From the NCBI GenBank assembly GCA_963725865.1, contig CAVSAC010000014.1, positions 1,536,001 to 1,600,000 of the forward strand: 64,000 nucleotides of DNA. Reading direction: 5' to 3'. How positions within the stretch are numbered: position 1 is the stretch's first letter; every line of letters begins with the position of its first letter. The notes beneath the pieces are model-generated. The model was not told where the DNA came from. It made no database searches and saw only the letters and a program-made list of their open reading frames with translations. This DNA comes from Candidatus Eiseniibacteriota bacterium. Lineage in GTDB: Bacteria; Eisenbacteria; RBG-16-71-46. Positions 53,953 through 62,393 of the stretch are shown one piece after another. The position numbers and the translations under genes are program-made.

Positions 53953-56900
53953 GTGCAGCGAGCGATCCCCCCCGATCAGTCGCATGCGCTCTCCTCCGCG
54001 CAGCAGGCCGCGCGGCAGCATGAGGCGATCGGTGAACTGCATCTGGCGGCCGACAACTTTCCGAGCGCTATAGAGGCGTTCACCGCCGCGCTCGGGATGA
54101 TCGGGCCGCACGCGCCCGCCGACCGCTGTCGCCTGCTCGAGCGGCTCGCGCTCACGCACAACCGTCGCGGTGCTTATGACGCGACGTTGAGCGTCATGCA
54201 CGAGGCGCGCGACACGGCACGGCTGCTTCGTGATCCGCGCCTGAACGCCCGCATTGCCTCCCGCATGGCCTATGCCCTCGCAGAGTTGGGACGCTACCGC
54301 GCGGCGCGGCGCTATGCCCTCTACAGCTTCACCGTCCTGCGGGATACCGACGAGCACGTCACTGTCGGTCAGGCTGCGGTCACGCTCGGGGTATGCTGCG
54401 CCCGCTTCGGTCGTCCGGCCGAGGCCATCGAATGGCTACAAGGCGCCGTGGCGACGTTCCGTCGGATCGGGGATGCCGAAGGCCTGGTCAACGCGCTGAA
54501 CATCCTCGGCCTGGTGCACAAGAACCTGCGCGAATGGCGGGAGGCGACCCGCTTCCTTGAGGAGGCTCTTCGCATCGACGAGCGCTCGGGCCTGTACTCG
54601 AGGATGCGTGCGCACAATCAGAATCTCGGGCTCATCCGACTGCGTCTGGGGCAGTGGGACCTTGCTGAGGAGAATTTCCGCCAGTCATTGAGGATCTCAG
54701 TCGAGATCGGCCACGTGCAGGGCGAGGCATCGGCGCTGCTGGCGCTTGGACTGCTCGCGCGCCGTCGCCGGCAGCTCGATCGGGCCGAGGAACACTACCG
54801 CCGCGCCCACGCGCTGGCCGGGCAGTGCGGAAGTCAGCGTGAGCGCCTGCTGGCCCTCGAGTTCCTGGGCGAGATCGAGCTCGACCGGGGGGATGCGGTG
54901 GCCGCCCTCGCGCTTCTCGAGCCGGCCCTCGTGGAAGCACGCGGACTCGCGCCAGAGGGCGACCTAACACTCGAGCTCGAGACTCGCACCGGGCTCGCCT
55001 GCTTGGTCGCGGGTCGGACCGAGGAGGCGCAGGCTCACGTGCTGCGCGGGATCGCGCTGGCCGAACAACTGGGCGACCGGCTCGAGGGTGCGGTCGCTGA
55101 GCGCGTTCTCGGACGACTCGAGGCCACCCGGGGCAATCCAGCCACGCTCGAGGTCCACTTGCGTGCGGCGGCTCAGGAGTTCGAGGGCCTGAACGAGGTC
55201 TTTGAACTCGCGACGACGCTGGCTGTCTGGGGCGAGTACCTGCTGCTGCTTCCGTCGAGCGTGCGGATGAGGGTGCCGCTGGAGCCGGTGTCCGAAGCCG
55301 CGCGGCGCGCTGCCACGCTTTACCGACAGCTCGGGCTGGTGGCTCCCGCCGCGGAGACGCTGCTCACGTTGGCGCGCCTCGAGGCCGAGCGCGAGCACTA
55401 CGATCAGGCCCTGTCGCTCCTGGAACAAGCCGAACAATGGCTCGCCGAGAACGGGGATCCCGAAGCAGAGGACCGCGCCGGCGCGCTGCGTCGCGAGCTC
55501 GAGCGCCAGTACGTGGCGGTGTCGTTGTCCACCTGCAACGAATTCCGCGCGCTCGAAGAGGCCAACCGCCTGTTCCGCGAGACCGCGGACATGGATAGCG
55601 TGCTCGCGCAGATTGTCCGACTGGCGGTTGAGAACGCAGGCGGCGACCGCGGCTTCGTGGCCTTCAGCGCCAGCGGGTCGCGCCTCGACGTGGTCGCGCA
55701 GCACGCTCTCGGGCGCGACCGCGCGCGCCGTATCCTGCGCGTGATCGAGAACGTGGTCGGCAGTCGCATCGCCGAAAGCGGCCCTGTGTTCTCGAGTCGC
55801 GTGACCGCGGATCCGAGATTCGCAGCCGCGCTCGTCGATGCCCTCGAGGGAGTCGGGTCGCTGGTGTGCGTTCCGCTCAATTTCCCTTCGCAGTCGGTCG
55901 GCCTGGTCTACGTCGACCGACTCAACGACAACCTGCTCGGCGCGTTCAAGCAGCGGGAGTTGAATCTGCTGGCGGTGCTGGCGAACAGCTCGGCGGTCGC
56001 GATCGTCGAGGCGCAACGATCCTTGCTGATGGAAGAGAACCGGCAGTTGCGGGACAAGCTGAAGCCGAGCCCGGGCTCCGAGCGCATCATCACCCAGTCG
56101 CGCGAGATGGCGAGCATTATGTCCCTGCTCGCGAAGGTGGGGGATTCGACCGCCACCGTCTTGCTGATGGGAGAAACCGGTACGGGCAAGGGGTTGCTCG
56201 CGCAAGTGGTGCATGAGATGTCGAACCGACGGGACCGTCCGCTGGTGCAGGTCAATTGCGCGGCACTGCCCGAGTCACTGCTCGAGAGTGAGTTGTTCGG
56301 GTACGTTCACGGTGCATTCACCGGCGCGTTGCGCGACAAGGTAGGGTTGTTCGAGGAAGCCGAGGGGGGGACGATCTTCCTCGACGAGATCGAGAAGATC
56401 CCGGAGTCGGTGCAGGCCAAGCTGCTCCACGTGCTCGATCGCAGCGAGATCCGTCCCGTGGGCGCGACACGCAGCAAGCGCGTCGATGCGCGGGTCATTT
56501 GCGCTACCGGGGTCGATCTGCGGGAGCGGATTCGGGAGGGGCGCTTCCTCGAGGACCTCTACTATCGTCTGAATGACATCACGGTGCGAGTGCCGGCGCT
56601 CCGCGAACGGCGTGAGGACATCCCCGTGCTCGCCCAGCACTTCCTCGCCATGTATGCGCGGCAGATGGACAAGACGGTGCGTGGGCTGGCACCGGACGTC
56701 TTGCGGGCGTTCCTCGAGCACGAGTGGCGCGGGAATGTGCGAGAGCTGGAGAAGACCGTGAAACGGATGGTGGTTCTGGCAGACGACGACGATACGCTCG
56801 GGATGGATTTGCTCCCGCCCGAGATGCGAGATCGAATGGTCGCCGAGCTGGTGCCTCCGACCACGACGTCGAATGGCGGTGCGAAGTCCCTGCGCGCCAA

Positions 56901-57054
56901 CGTCTCCGTGCTCGAGCGCCGCCTCATTGCCGATGCGCTCGAGCGCCATCGATGGAACAAGGCCCAGGTCGCTCGCGAGCTGGGCCTGTCGTATCCGACG
57001 CTGCTCTCCCGTATCCGCACCCTGCGGATCGAGCGCCGTCGCGCGGGATCATAA
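53953..57054 (+). CDS. TPR-GAF-AAA+ sigma54 enhancer-binding protein (Fis HTH)
   Basis: About 500 aa of TPR-like helical repeats (ALNILGLVH..L.EW.EA...LEEAL), GAF (SLVCVPL...GLVYVD), GETGTGK, ESELFGYVHGAFTGA, FLDEI, GNVREL, HTH. Confidence 0.93.
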   Translation: MQRAIPPDQSHALSSAQQAARQHEAIGELHLAADNFPSAIEAFTAALGMIGPHAPADRCRLLERLALTHNRRGAYDATLSVMHEARDTARLLRDPRLNARIASRMAYALAELGRYRAARRYALYSFTVLRDTDEHVTVGQAAVTLGVCCARFGRPAEAIEWLQGAVATFRRIGDAEGLVNALNILGLVHKNLREWREATRFLEEALRIDERSGLYSRMRAHNQNLGLIRLRLGQWDLAEENFRQSLRISVEIGHVQGEASALLALGLLARRRRQLDRAEEHYRRAHALAGQCGSQRERLLALEFLGEIELDRGDAVAALALLEPALVEARGLAPEGDLTLELETRTGLACLVAGRTEEAQAHVLRGIALAEQLGDRLEGAVAERVLGRLEATRGNPATLEVHLRAAAQEFEGLNEVFELATTLAVWGEYLLLLPSSVRMRVPLEPVSEAARRAATLYRQLGLVAPAAETLLTLARLEAEREHYDQALSLLEQAEQWLAENGDPEAEDRAGALRRELERQYVAVSLSTCNEFRALEEANRLFRETADMDSVLAQIVRLAVENAGGDRGFVAFSASGSRLDVVAQHALGRDRARRILRVIENVVGSRIAESGPVFSSRVTADPRFAAALVDALEGVGSLVCVPLNFPSQSVGLVYVDRLNDNLLGAFKQRELNLLAVLANSSAVAIVEAQRSLLMEENRQLRDKLKPSPGSERIITQSREMASIMSLLAKVGDSTATVLLMGETGTGKGLLAQVVHEMSNRRDRPLVQVNCAALPESLLESELFGYVHGAFTGALRDKVGLFEEAEGGTIFLDEIEKIPESVQAKLLHVLDRSEIRPVGATRSKRVDARVICATGVDLRERIREGRFLEDLYYRLNDITVRVPALRERREDIPVLAQHFLAMYARQMDKTVRGLAPDVLRAFLEHEWRGNVRELEKTVKRMVVLADDDDTLGMDLLPPEMRDRMVAELVPPTTTSNGGAKSLRANVSVLERRLIADALERHRWNKAQVARELGLSYPTLLSRIRTLRIERRRAGS

Positions 57055-57264
57055 GAGTCTCTTACACACTCACACTCAAGAATGTTGCTATCGCATGGTG
57101 CTGTCTCACAGGGACTTGGACTGTGAGAGGCAGCACGATGCGATTATCTTGTGGATCGGTGTCTCTCTCGCTCCACAGCGGCGCTCGTTGAATGATGAGC
57201 CGCGCTCGTCTGATGCCATTACTGGACAACATCTTGAAAGTTTCGAGACCTTGGCTTGACCTCG

Positions 57265-57280
57265 TGGCACGCCGGGTGCA
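57265..57280 (+). promoter_or_regulatory. sigma54 -24/-12 promoter upstream of the structured RNA
   Basis: TGGCAC-GCCGG-GTGCA (GG-N10-GC); predicted +1 near 57291-57292. Confidence 0.7.
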
Positions 57281-57291
57281 GTTGTGCGAGG

Positions 57292-57660
57292 GCGGAGGGG
57301 GGGGACCTCCAAAAAGTCCGGTGGCCTCGGTCACCGGACCACAATCTGGGCTAGCCGGTGCAGTAGGGGTCCGGTCGAGGGTACGAGCCCCAGTCACAAG
57401 ACAGCGCACCGTCCTCTACGACCGGCTAGCTTGGAGAGTGATTCAGAAGGACATTTCGACGCGGCGGGTTTTCGATCCACATGGACTGGCGGACCACCCG
57501 GCGCGTTCTCGTTTGTCTTGACTCTTGGGACACCGGTCCGCCGCGTCGGATCCTCACATTGGGGGATGTGAGGCTGCTGGCGCCGAGCATGAGGCCGGTG
57601 TCCCCTCCGCGGCTCGAGCAGGTGCAGCCGACCCGTCCACTGCGGGTCGGCTGTCGCGTC
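57292..57660 (+). ncRNA. Candidate novel structured non-coding RNA
   Basis: At least 6 long helices, several with G-U pairs on the + strand; 5'/3' end pairing; crossing long-range complementarities; sigma54 promoter at the 5' end and an 11-bp hairpin at the 3' end; no credible CDS. Confidence 0.65.
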
Positions 57661-57663
57661 TTC
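57625..57663 (+). terminator. Terminator-like hairpin closing the RNA
   Basis: CAGCCGACCCG-TCCACTG-CGGGTCGGCTG followed by TCGCGTCTTC (weak U tract). Confidence 0.55.
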
Positions 57664-57871
57664 TGGGGCACTTTCGTTCCTCGACCGCAGCAGTCGAAAC
57701 CCCGCAAGAGGACTAACTACGCCACTTGTGTGGCGCTGCGTGCACAGGTGCGTCTTGCCCGCACAGTCCCATGGACGCCACGCAGCTGTCTTGCACGCCC
57801 GACATCCCCCGGTCAATTGCACGCCAATCAGTTGCGCTTGGAGCCCCCCGGGAGGAACCTGATGGCATGAC

Positions 57872-57886
57872 TGGCACGTGGCTTGC
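57872..57886 (+). promoter_or_regulatory. sigma54 -24/-12 promoter for the lipoprotein gene
   Basis: Exact consensus TGGCAC-GTGGC-TTGC, 50 bp upstream of ATG 57937. Confidence 0.85.
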
Positions 57887-57936
57887 GCTCGAATGGGTGA
57901 GCCACAGTTGGTCACGGGTTCGGACTGGAGGTCCAT

Positions 57937-58749
57937 ATGAGGCGCTTGCTCCCATTTCTGGCGCTGGCTGCGTTACTCGCCGGCTGTGACGACTCCTCAT
58001 CGCCGCGCGACGTCACCCCTCCAGCAGCACCGCGCGGATTCGCGAGCGTGACTGGTGACCACTCCGTACTCCTGTACTGGCTCGCGAACACGGAAGCCGA
58101 TGTGGTCGGCTATCACCTTTACACTGCCGACTGCGCCTCGGGCGGGGGCTGCCCCTACACGCTGATCGGCACCACCTCGGGCACCACTTACACCGTGACC
58201 AATCTCACCAATGGTGTGACTAAGTACTACGCGGTGGCCGCGTTCGATCGAGCCGGCAACGAGAGCGCGCCCTCGAAAGAGGACGTCTTTGACACTCCGC
58301 GCCCGGCTGGATCGCTCTCGTTGCAGAGTCTCCAGGCCAATCCGGCGCGCAGCGGGTGGGACCTGTCAGCGTTCGCCGTGGTGCCGTCCACGAGCCCGAA
58401 CGTCGATCTCATCTTCAGTGATGACGGCACGACGTACGAGATCTACGCACCCTTCACAGACACCGACATCCAGGATGCTGGATTCGCGAGCACGCTTGAT
58501 GTGGTCGATTTCGCCCCCAATGGCGGCTGGTCGCTCACAGGGACGGTGGAATTGGTGCCCGGGCACTGTTACGTGGTGTGGACGCGCGAGAACACGTTCG
58601 CGAAGTTCCGGGTGACGAGTCTCAGTGCCGGTCAAGTGGCGCTCGATTGGGCGTACCAGACCTCGGTGGGCAATCCCGAGCTCAAGGCCCAGCGGCCACC
58701 TACGGACGGGGAGCGGGTGCGGCGCGACCGGAGCGTTGCGGTCCGATGA
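57937..58749 (+). CDS. Lipoprotein with FN3 domain
   Basis: GGAGG RBS; lipobox LLAGC; PPAAP.G...YW..N.E.DV.GY.LY...LTNG...YYAVAAFD.AGNES. Confidence 0.88.
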   Translation: MRRLLPFLALAALLAGCDDSSSPRDVTPPAAPRGFASVTGDHSVLLYWLANTEADVVGYHLYTADCASGGGCPYTLIGTTSGTTYTVTNLTNGVTKYYAVAAFDRAGNESAPSKEDVFDTPRPAGSLSLQSLQANPARSGWDLSAFAVVPSTSPNVDLIFSDDGTTYEIYAPFTDTDIQDAGFASTLDVVDFAPNGGWSLTGTVELVPGHCYVVWTRENTFAKFRVTSLSAGQVALDWAYQTSVGNPELKAQRPPTDGERVRRDRSVAVR

Positions 58750-58994
58750 TCGATGCGCGTCCAGCGCCTGACACTCAAGGCTCCGGGCGCGTGATGCTGG
58801 TATCATGGAGCCGACCTCAGCCGGGATATCGGGGTCGGCAGCGGGGAATGCAGGTGCCCTTGGTGCCTCGAACCGGCGTCTGCCGCTCCCCATCAGAACC
58901 TGTGGAGCACCGAACGGTTTCACGGGGTAGGACTCCGGTGCGCGTGATGTGCGGAGCGCGAGGGTCCTCCCCGGCTCGGGGAAGGAGTCCGGCC

Positions 58995-60419
58995 ATGTTG
59001 CGCAACACCGTCATCGCCTCGTCGATCGCCGCGGGGCTCATGCTCGCGCCGGGGTTCTCGCTGGCGCGTGTCGGCGTCGAGGTCTGGACCGATCGTGGCC
59101 AGGACGCCGTGTACAAGCCTGGTGACTTGATGCAGGTCAAGGTGCGGGCGAGTGACGACGCCTACCTGTTGGTCTACGAAATCGATACCGACGGAAATGT
59201 CCGCGTGCTGTTCCCGTATCAGGGGCAGAGCGGCTTTGTGGAGGGGCGGCGCACCGTGCGCGTGCCCGACGAGGATTCCAATGTCGAGCTGGTCGTCGAG
59301 CAGAACACTGGCGAGGCGTACATCGTCGCGCTGACGTCCGAGGAGCCCTTTCTCGACATGCCCTGGTACCTGCGCCCGTACGACCCCCGCAGCGAGGGTG
59401 TGGACTACGAAGGCCAGCCGGATGACGAAGAGGGTGTGAGCAGTGACGGGCGCATCGTCGGCGACCCGTTTGTCGCGATGGAGCGCATCCGCCGTCGCGT
59501 TCTGAGATCCCCGGAGGATCCTGGTGCCTTCGGCACCGCGTACACGTCGTACTACGTGCATGAGCGCGTCCGCTATCCTCGCTACCTCTGCAACGACTGC
59601 CATCGCCCGTCGCGCTGGGCATGGTGGGACGGCTTCGATCCCTACTACTCGACCTGCTCGGTCGTCGACTTCCGCATCAACTGGGGCTGGTCGTGGGGCC
59701 CGGGCTACTGGTTCGGCAACGTCCCGTATTTCTGTTACGTCCCTCGGGCCAACTGCCCGCCGCGCTGGCGCCACGGCTGGAACGCACCGTGGTACTCGTC
59801 GTGGGACGGATGGGATCGTTGGAACTCCATGTGGAGCGGCCCGCTGGTTCGGTACAAGTCACCCCCGCCGACGGGCTATGTGCCCCCGAACAAGTACAAC
59901 GACCCGGATCGCTGGCGTGGCCGCGATGCGGTCCCGTTGCCGCCTGGATTCCTCGCGAGCGGGAGCGGGCGCGACCGCTATCGACCGATGATCCCGGTCG
60001 GCCACAACCGCGAGGCGCGCGATCAGGACCAGGCGCAGACGCCAGATACGCGGCGTGGCCGCATCGAGCGCATGCCGGGGCGTCAGACCGGGCCGGGCGA
60101 CCAGCCGAGTTCGGGCGAACGCGTCGAGCGTCCACGCCAGCAGCGACCGCTTCCGTACGGGACACCGCGCGACGAAGGGTCGGGTCGTCTGGAGCGGCGG
60201 CATGAGCAGCCCGCCCCGAACAGCCGGCCGCCGCAGCAGCAGGGGCACCGGACCGAGCGCCCGCAGCCAAGCAACGATCCGCCGCGCGACAATCCGTCGC
60301 CGCCGCGCGTCGAGCGACGCAGCGATCCGCCGCCCCAGCAGTCCGCACCACCTCCGCAGCAGCAGGCCCCGTCGTCACGCGGTAACGAAGGACCGCGGGA
60401 GCATCGCGGAGGGCGTTGA
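58995..60419 (+). CDS. Secreted DUF4384 domain protein with Cys/Trp-rich region and disordered Pro/Arg-rich tail
   Basis: AGGAG RBS; signal peptide; VEVWTDRG...Y.PGD...DAYL.VY.IDTDG.V.VLFP; CNDCH. Confidence 0.85.
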   Translation: MLRNTVIASSIAAGLMLAPGFSLARVGVEVWTDRGQDAVYKPGDLMQVKVRASDDAYLLVYEIDTDGNVRVLFPYQGQSGFVEGRRTVRVPDEDSNVELVVEQNTGEAYIVALTSEEPFLDMPWYLRPYDPRSEGVDYEGQPDDEEGVSSDGRIVGDPFVAMERIRRRVLRSPEDPGAFGTAYTSYYVHERVRYPRYLCNDCHRPSRWAWWDGFDPYYSTCSVVDFRINWGWSWGPGYWFGNVPYFCYVPRANCPPRWRHGWNAPWYSSWDGWDRWNSMWSGPLVRYKSPPPTGYVPPNKYNDPDRWRGRDAVPLPPGFLASGSGRDRYRPMIPVGHNREARDQDQAQTPDTRRGRIERMPGRQTGPGDQPSSGERVERPRQQRPLPYGTPRDEGSGRLERRHEQPAPNSRPPQQQGHRTERPQPSNDPPRDNPSPPRVERRSDPPPQQSAPPPQQQAPSSRGNEGPREHRGGR

Positions 60420-60507
60420 AGTCGCCCATCGGATGAGAGCACTCGTCCACGATCCCAGTGGCGGGGCCCGCAACACGGGCCCCGCCGTTCATGTCCGGAG
60501 AGAACGC

Positions 60508-61425
60508 ATGCGCGTAGTCGTCCGCCTGCTCGTAGTGACCCTGATCGGCGCCCTCGCTTGCCCGAGCCTCGCGGCTCCCCCAGGGTTCGCGTTCCTCAAT
60601 GTCCCGGTGGGCGCACGCGGCGCCGCGCTCGGAGGTGCCTACGTCTCGCTCGTCGGCGGCGCCGAGGCGGCATTCTGGAATCCCGCGGCGCTCGATGGGG
60701 TGAAGGGACTGCAGGCGACCGCGACCCACGTGGAATTCCTCTCGCATCTGCGCCACGAGCAGTTCGCGCTCGCAGGTCATGCGCTGGGCGGCGGGCTCGC
60801 CGGTTCGGTGCGCGCGATGTACTCGGAGCCCATCGACGAGCGGGATGACCTCGGCAATCTCGTCGGCTCGTTCGGCTCTCACGATCTCGAATTCCGATTG
60901 GCCTACGGCCGCCATGCAGCTCCCGGCCTCACGCTCGGCGGCTCGGCCCAGATCGTGCGGGAGCGGCTCGACACCGAGAGCGCAATGACCTACGCCTTCG
61001 GCCTTGCCGGCGCGCTGGAGCCCGCACGGTGTCCGGGGCTGAGGCTCGCGGTCGCCGCCGACCAGCTCGGTCCCGCGGCGCACTATTCGATCGGCGATAC
61101 CCGGGGCGACCCCGTGAGGCTACCCGCCTCCGTGCAGGCAGGTGGGTCGTACGGTCACTCGGTTGGTCAGGGCCTGGCGTTGCGTGGAGCCCTCGAGACT
61201 CGCCTCACGACGGGGCGCACGGGGGTCGCGATGCTGGGCGCGGAACTCGCGCACGCGCCGTCCGGGGTTGCACTGCGTGCGGGTGCGCGCCTGAACGATC
61301 ATGACTCCTCGATGGCGTTCGGACTGGGCTGCGCGCTGCAGTCGTTGCGGGTGGACTACGCGTTCGTGCCGTTCCGCGACGATCTCGGCGACACCCATCG
61401 CTTCTCGCTCGGCGCGCAGTTCTAG
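60508..61425 (+). CDS. PorV/PorQ family outer-membrane protein
   Basis: FL.VPVGARGAALGGAY......A.FWNPAAL; C-terminus DYAF.P..DLGDTHRFSLG..F. Confidence 0.88.
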   Translation: MRVVVRLLVVTLIGALACPSLAAPPGFAFLNVPVGARGAALGGAYVSLVGGAEAAFWNPAALDGVKGLQATATHVEFLSHLRHEQFALAGHALGGGLAGSVRAMYSEPIDERDDLGNLVGSFGSHDLEFRLAYGRHAAPGLTLGGSAQIVRERLDTESAMTYAFGLAGALEPARCPGLRLAVAADQLGPAAHYSIGDTRGDPVRLPASVQAGGSYGHSVGQGLALRGALETRLTTGRTGVAMLGAELAHAPSGVALRAGARLNDHDSSMAFGLGCALQSLRVDYAFVPFRDDLGDTHRFSLGAQF

Positions 61426-61437
61426 GAGCGCGCGCGT

Positions 61438-62169
61438 TCAGCCGTCGTGCGACTCCAGCCGGATCACGCCGTCCTGCAGGACGGCGCATGTGAAGCGCTC
61501 CATCCAATCCCCGAGCACGAAGAACTCGCGCCCGTCTTCGCGGCGCTCGTAGACATGATGGAAGTGGCCGATCATCACGGCGTCGAAGCCCTCCCGGAAT
61601 CGCGGCTCGGCGATCTCGCGCCACAGTCGCTCGGGCTCGAGCGGGCGCTCGCCGCGCGAGTGACGCGACCATCGCGAGACCGCGCGCGCGAGGGGGAGGC
61701 CGAGGTCCGGATGAAGGAGTTGGTAGAGCGCGATGCTCGCGGGGCTGCGAATCAGGCGGCGCAGCACCCGGTAGCCGAGGTCGCCGCCCACCAGCCCGTC
61801 CCCGTGGTGCAGCCAGATGCGGCGGCCTTGTCGTTCGATCGCCAGGGCACCGTCCACCGTCCGGGCGCCGACCGAATCGGCCAGAAAGGTGCCCAGCCAG
61901 AAATCATGATTGCCATTGAGGTAGGTGATGCCCACCCCGGCCTCGTGCAACCTTCGGAGTGCGCTGAGCGTCGGAAAGAGGCGCCGAGGTATCGCCGTTC
62001 GGTACTCGAACCAGAAGTCGAACAGGTCACCGACGACGAACAGCTCGGACGCACGCCCGGGCAGCGAGTCCAGGAACGCGTGGAGGCGCTGCAGGCGCGG
62101 CGCCTCTCGCTCCACCGGCTCCGCCCCGAGATGGGCGTCGGAGAGGAAGTAGGCGGCCGGGGAGGACAT
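61438..62169 (-). CDS. lpxH: UDP-2,3-diacylglucosamine diphosphatase (LpxH-like)
   Basis: FLSDAHLG, GDLFDFW, GNHD, HGD, GHFH, LGDW. Confidence 0.88.
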   Translation of the reverse strand: MSSPAAYFLSDAHLGAEPVEREAPRLQRLHAFLDSLPGRASELFVVGDLFDFWFEYRTAIPRRLFPTLSALRRLHEAGVGITYLNGNHDFWLGTFLADSVGARTVDGALAIERQGRRIWLHHGDGLVGGDLGYRVLRRLIRSPASIALYQLLHPDLGLPLARAVSRWSRHSRGERPLEPERLWREIAEPRFREGFDAVMIGHFHHVYERREDGREFFVLGDWMERFTCAVLQDGVIRLESHDG

Positions 62170-62393
62170 GGGCGGCAGTCTAGCCAGCGCTCCCGATGGC
62201 GACAAGCCCCGGATGCCGAGAGCCGGCGTCGCACGGGATGGCGCGCCGGTCTCCTGAATTGACGCGACGATGACAGTCGACTCGGTCGCGTGAGCACACT
62301 GGATCATCCAATGCAACCACACGCAGCGATGGGCGCGCGGGCGGCCAGGTGGCCCCGCACCGACGCGCCGAAGTCCCCGACCGGAGGAATCGG

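Noticed and set aside
57297..57304. G8 homopolymer as a phase-variation tract
   Set aside because: Short, non-coding and partly explained by the P1 helix; no evidence of length variation from one sequence
57292..57660. Identity as tmRNA or RNase P RNA (TTTCGAC and AAAGTCCGG resemble their motifs)
   Set aside because: No tRNA-Ala-like acceptor/T-arm/CCA or tag ORF; no GAGGAAAGUCC with its 3' P4 partner. An Rfam search is still needed to close this
57192..57936. Short ORFs 57192..57521, 57481..57870 and 57394..57936 as proteins
   Set aside because: No convincing RBS, no GC3 bias, no motifs; they cross promoter and terminator signals
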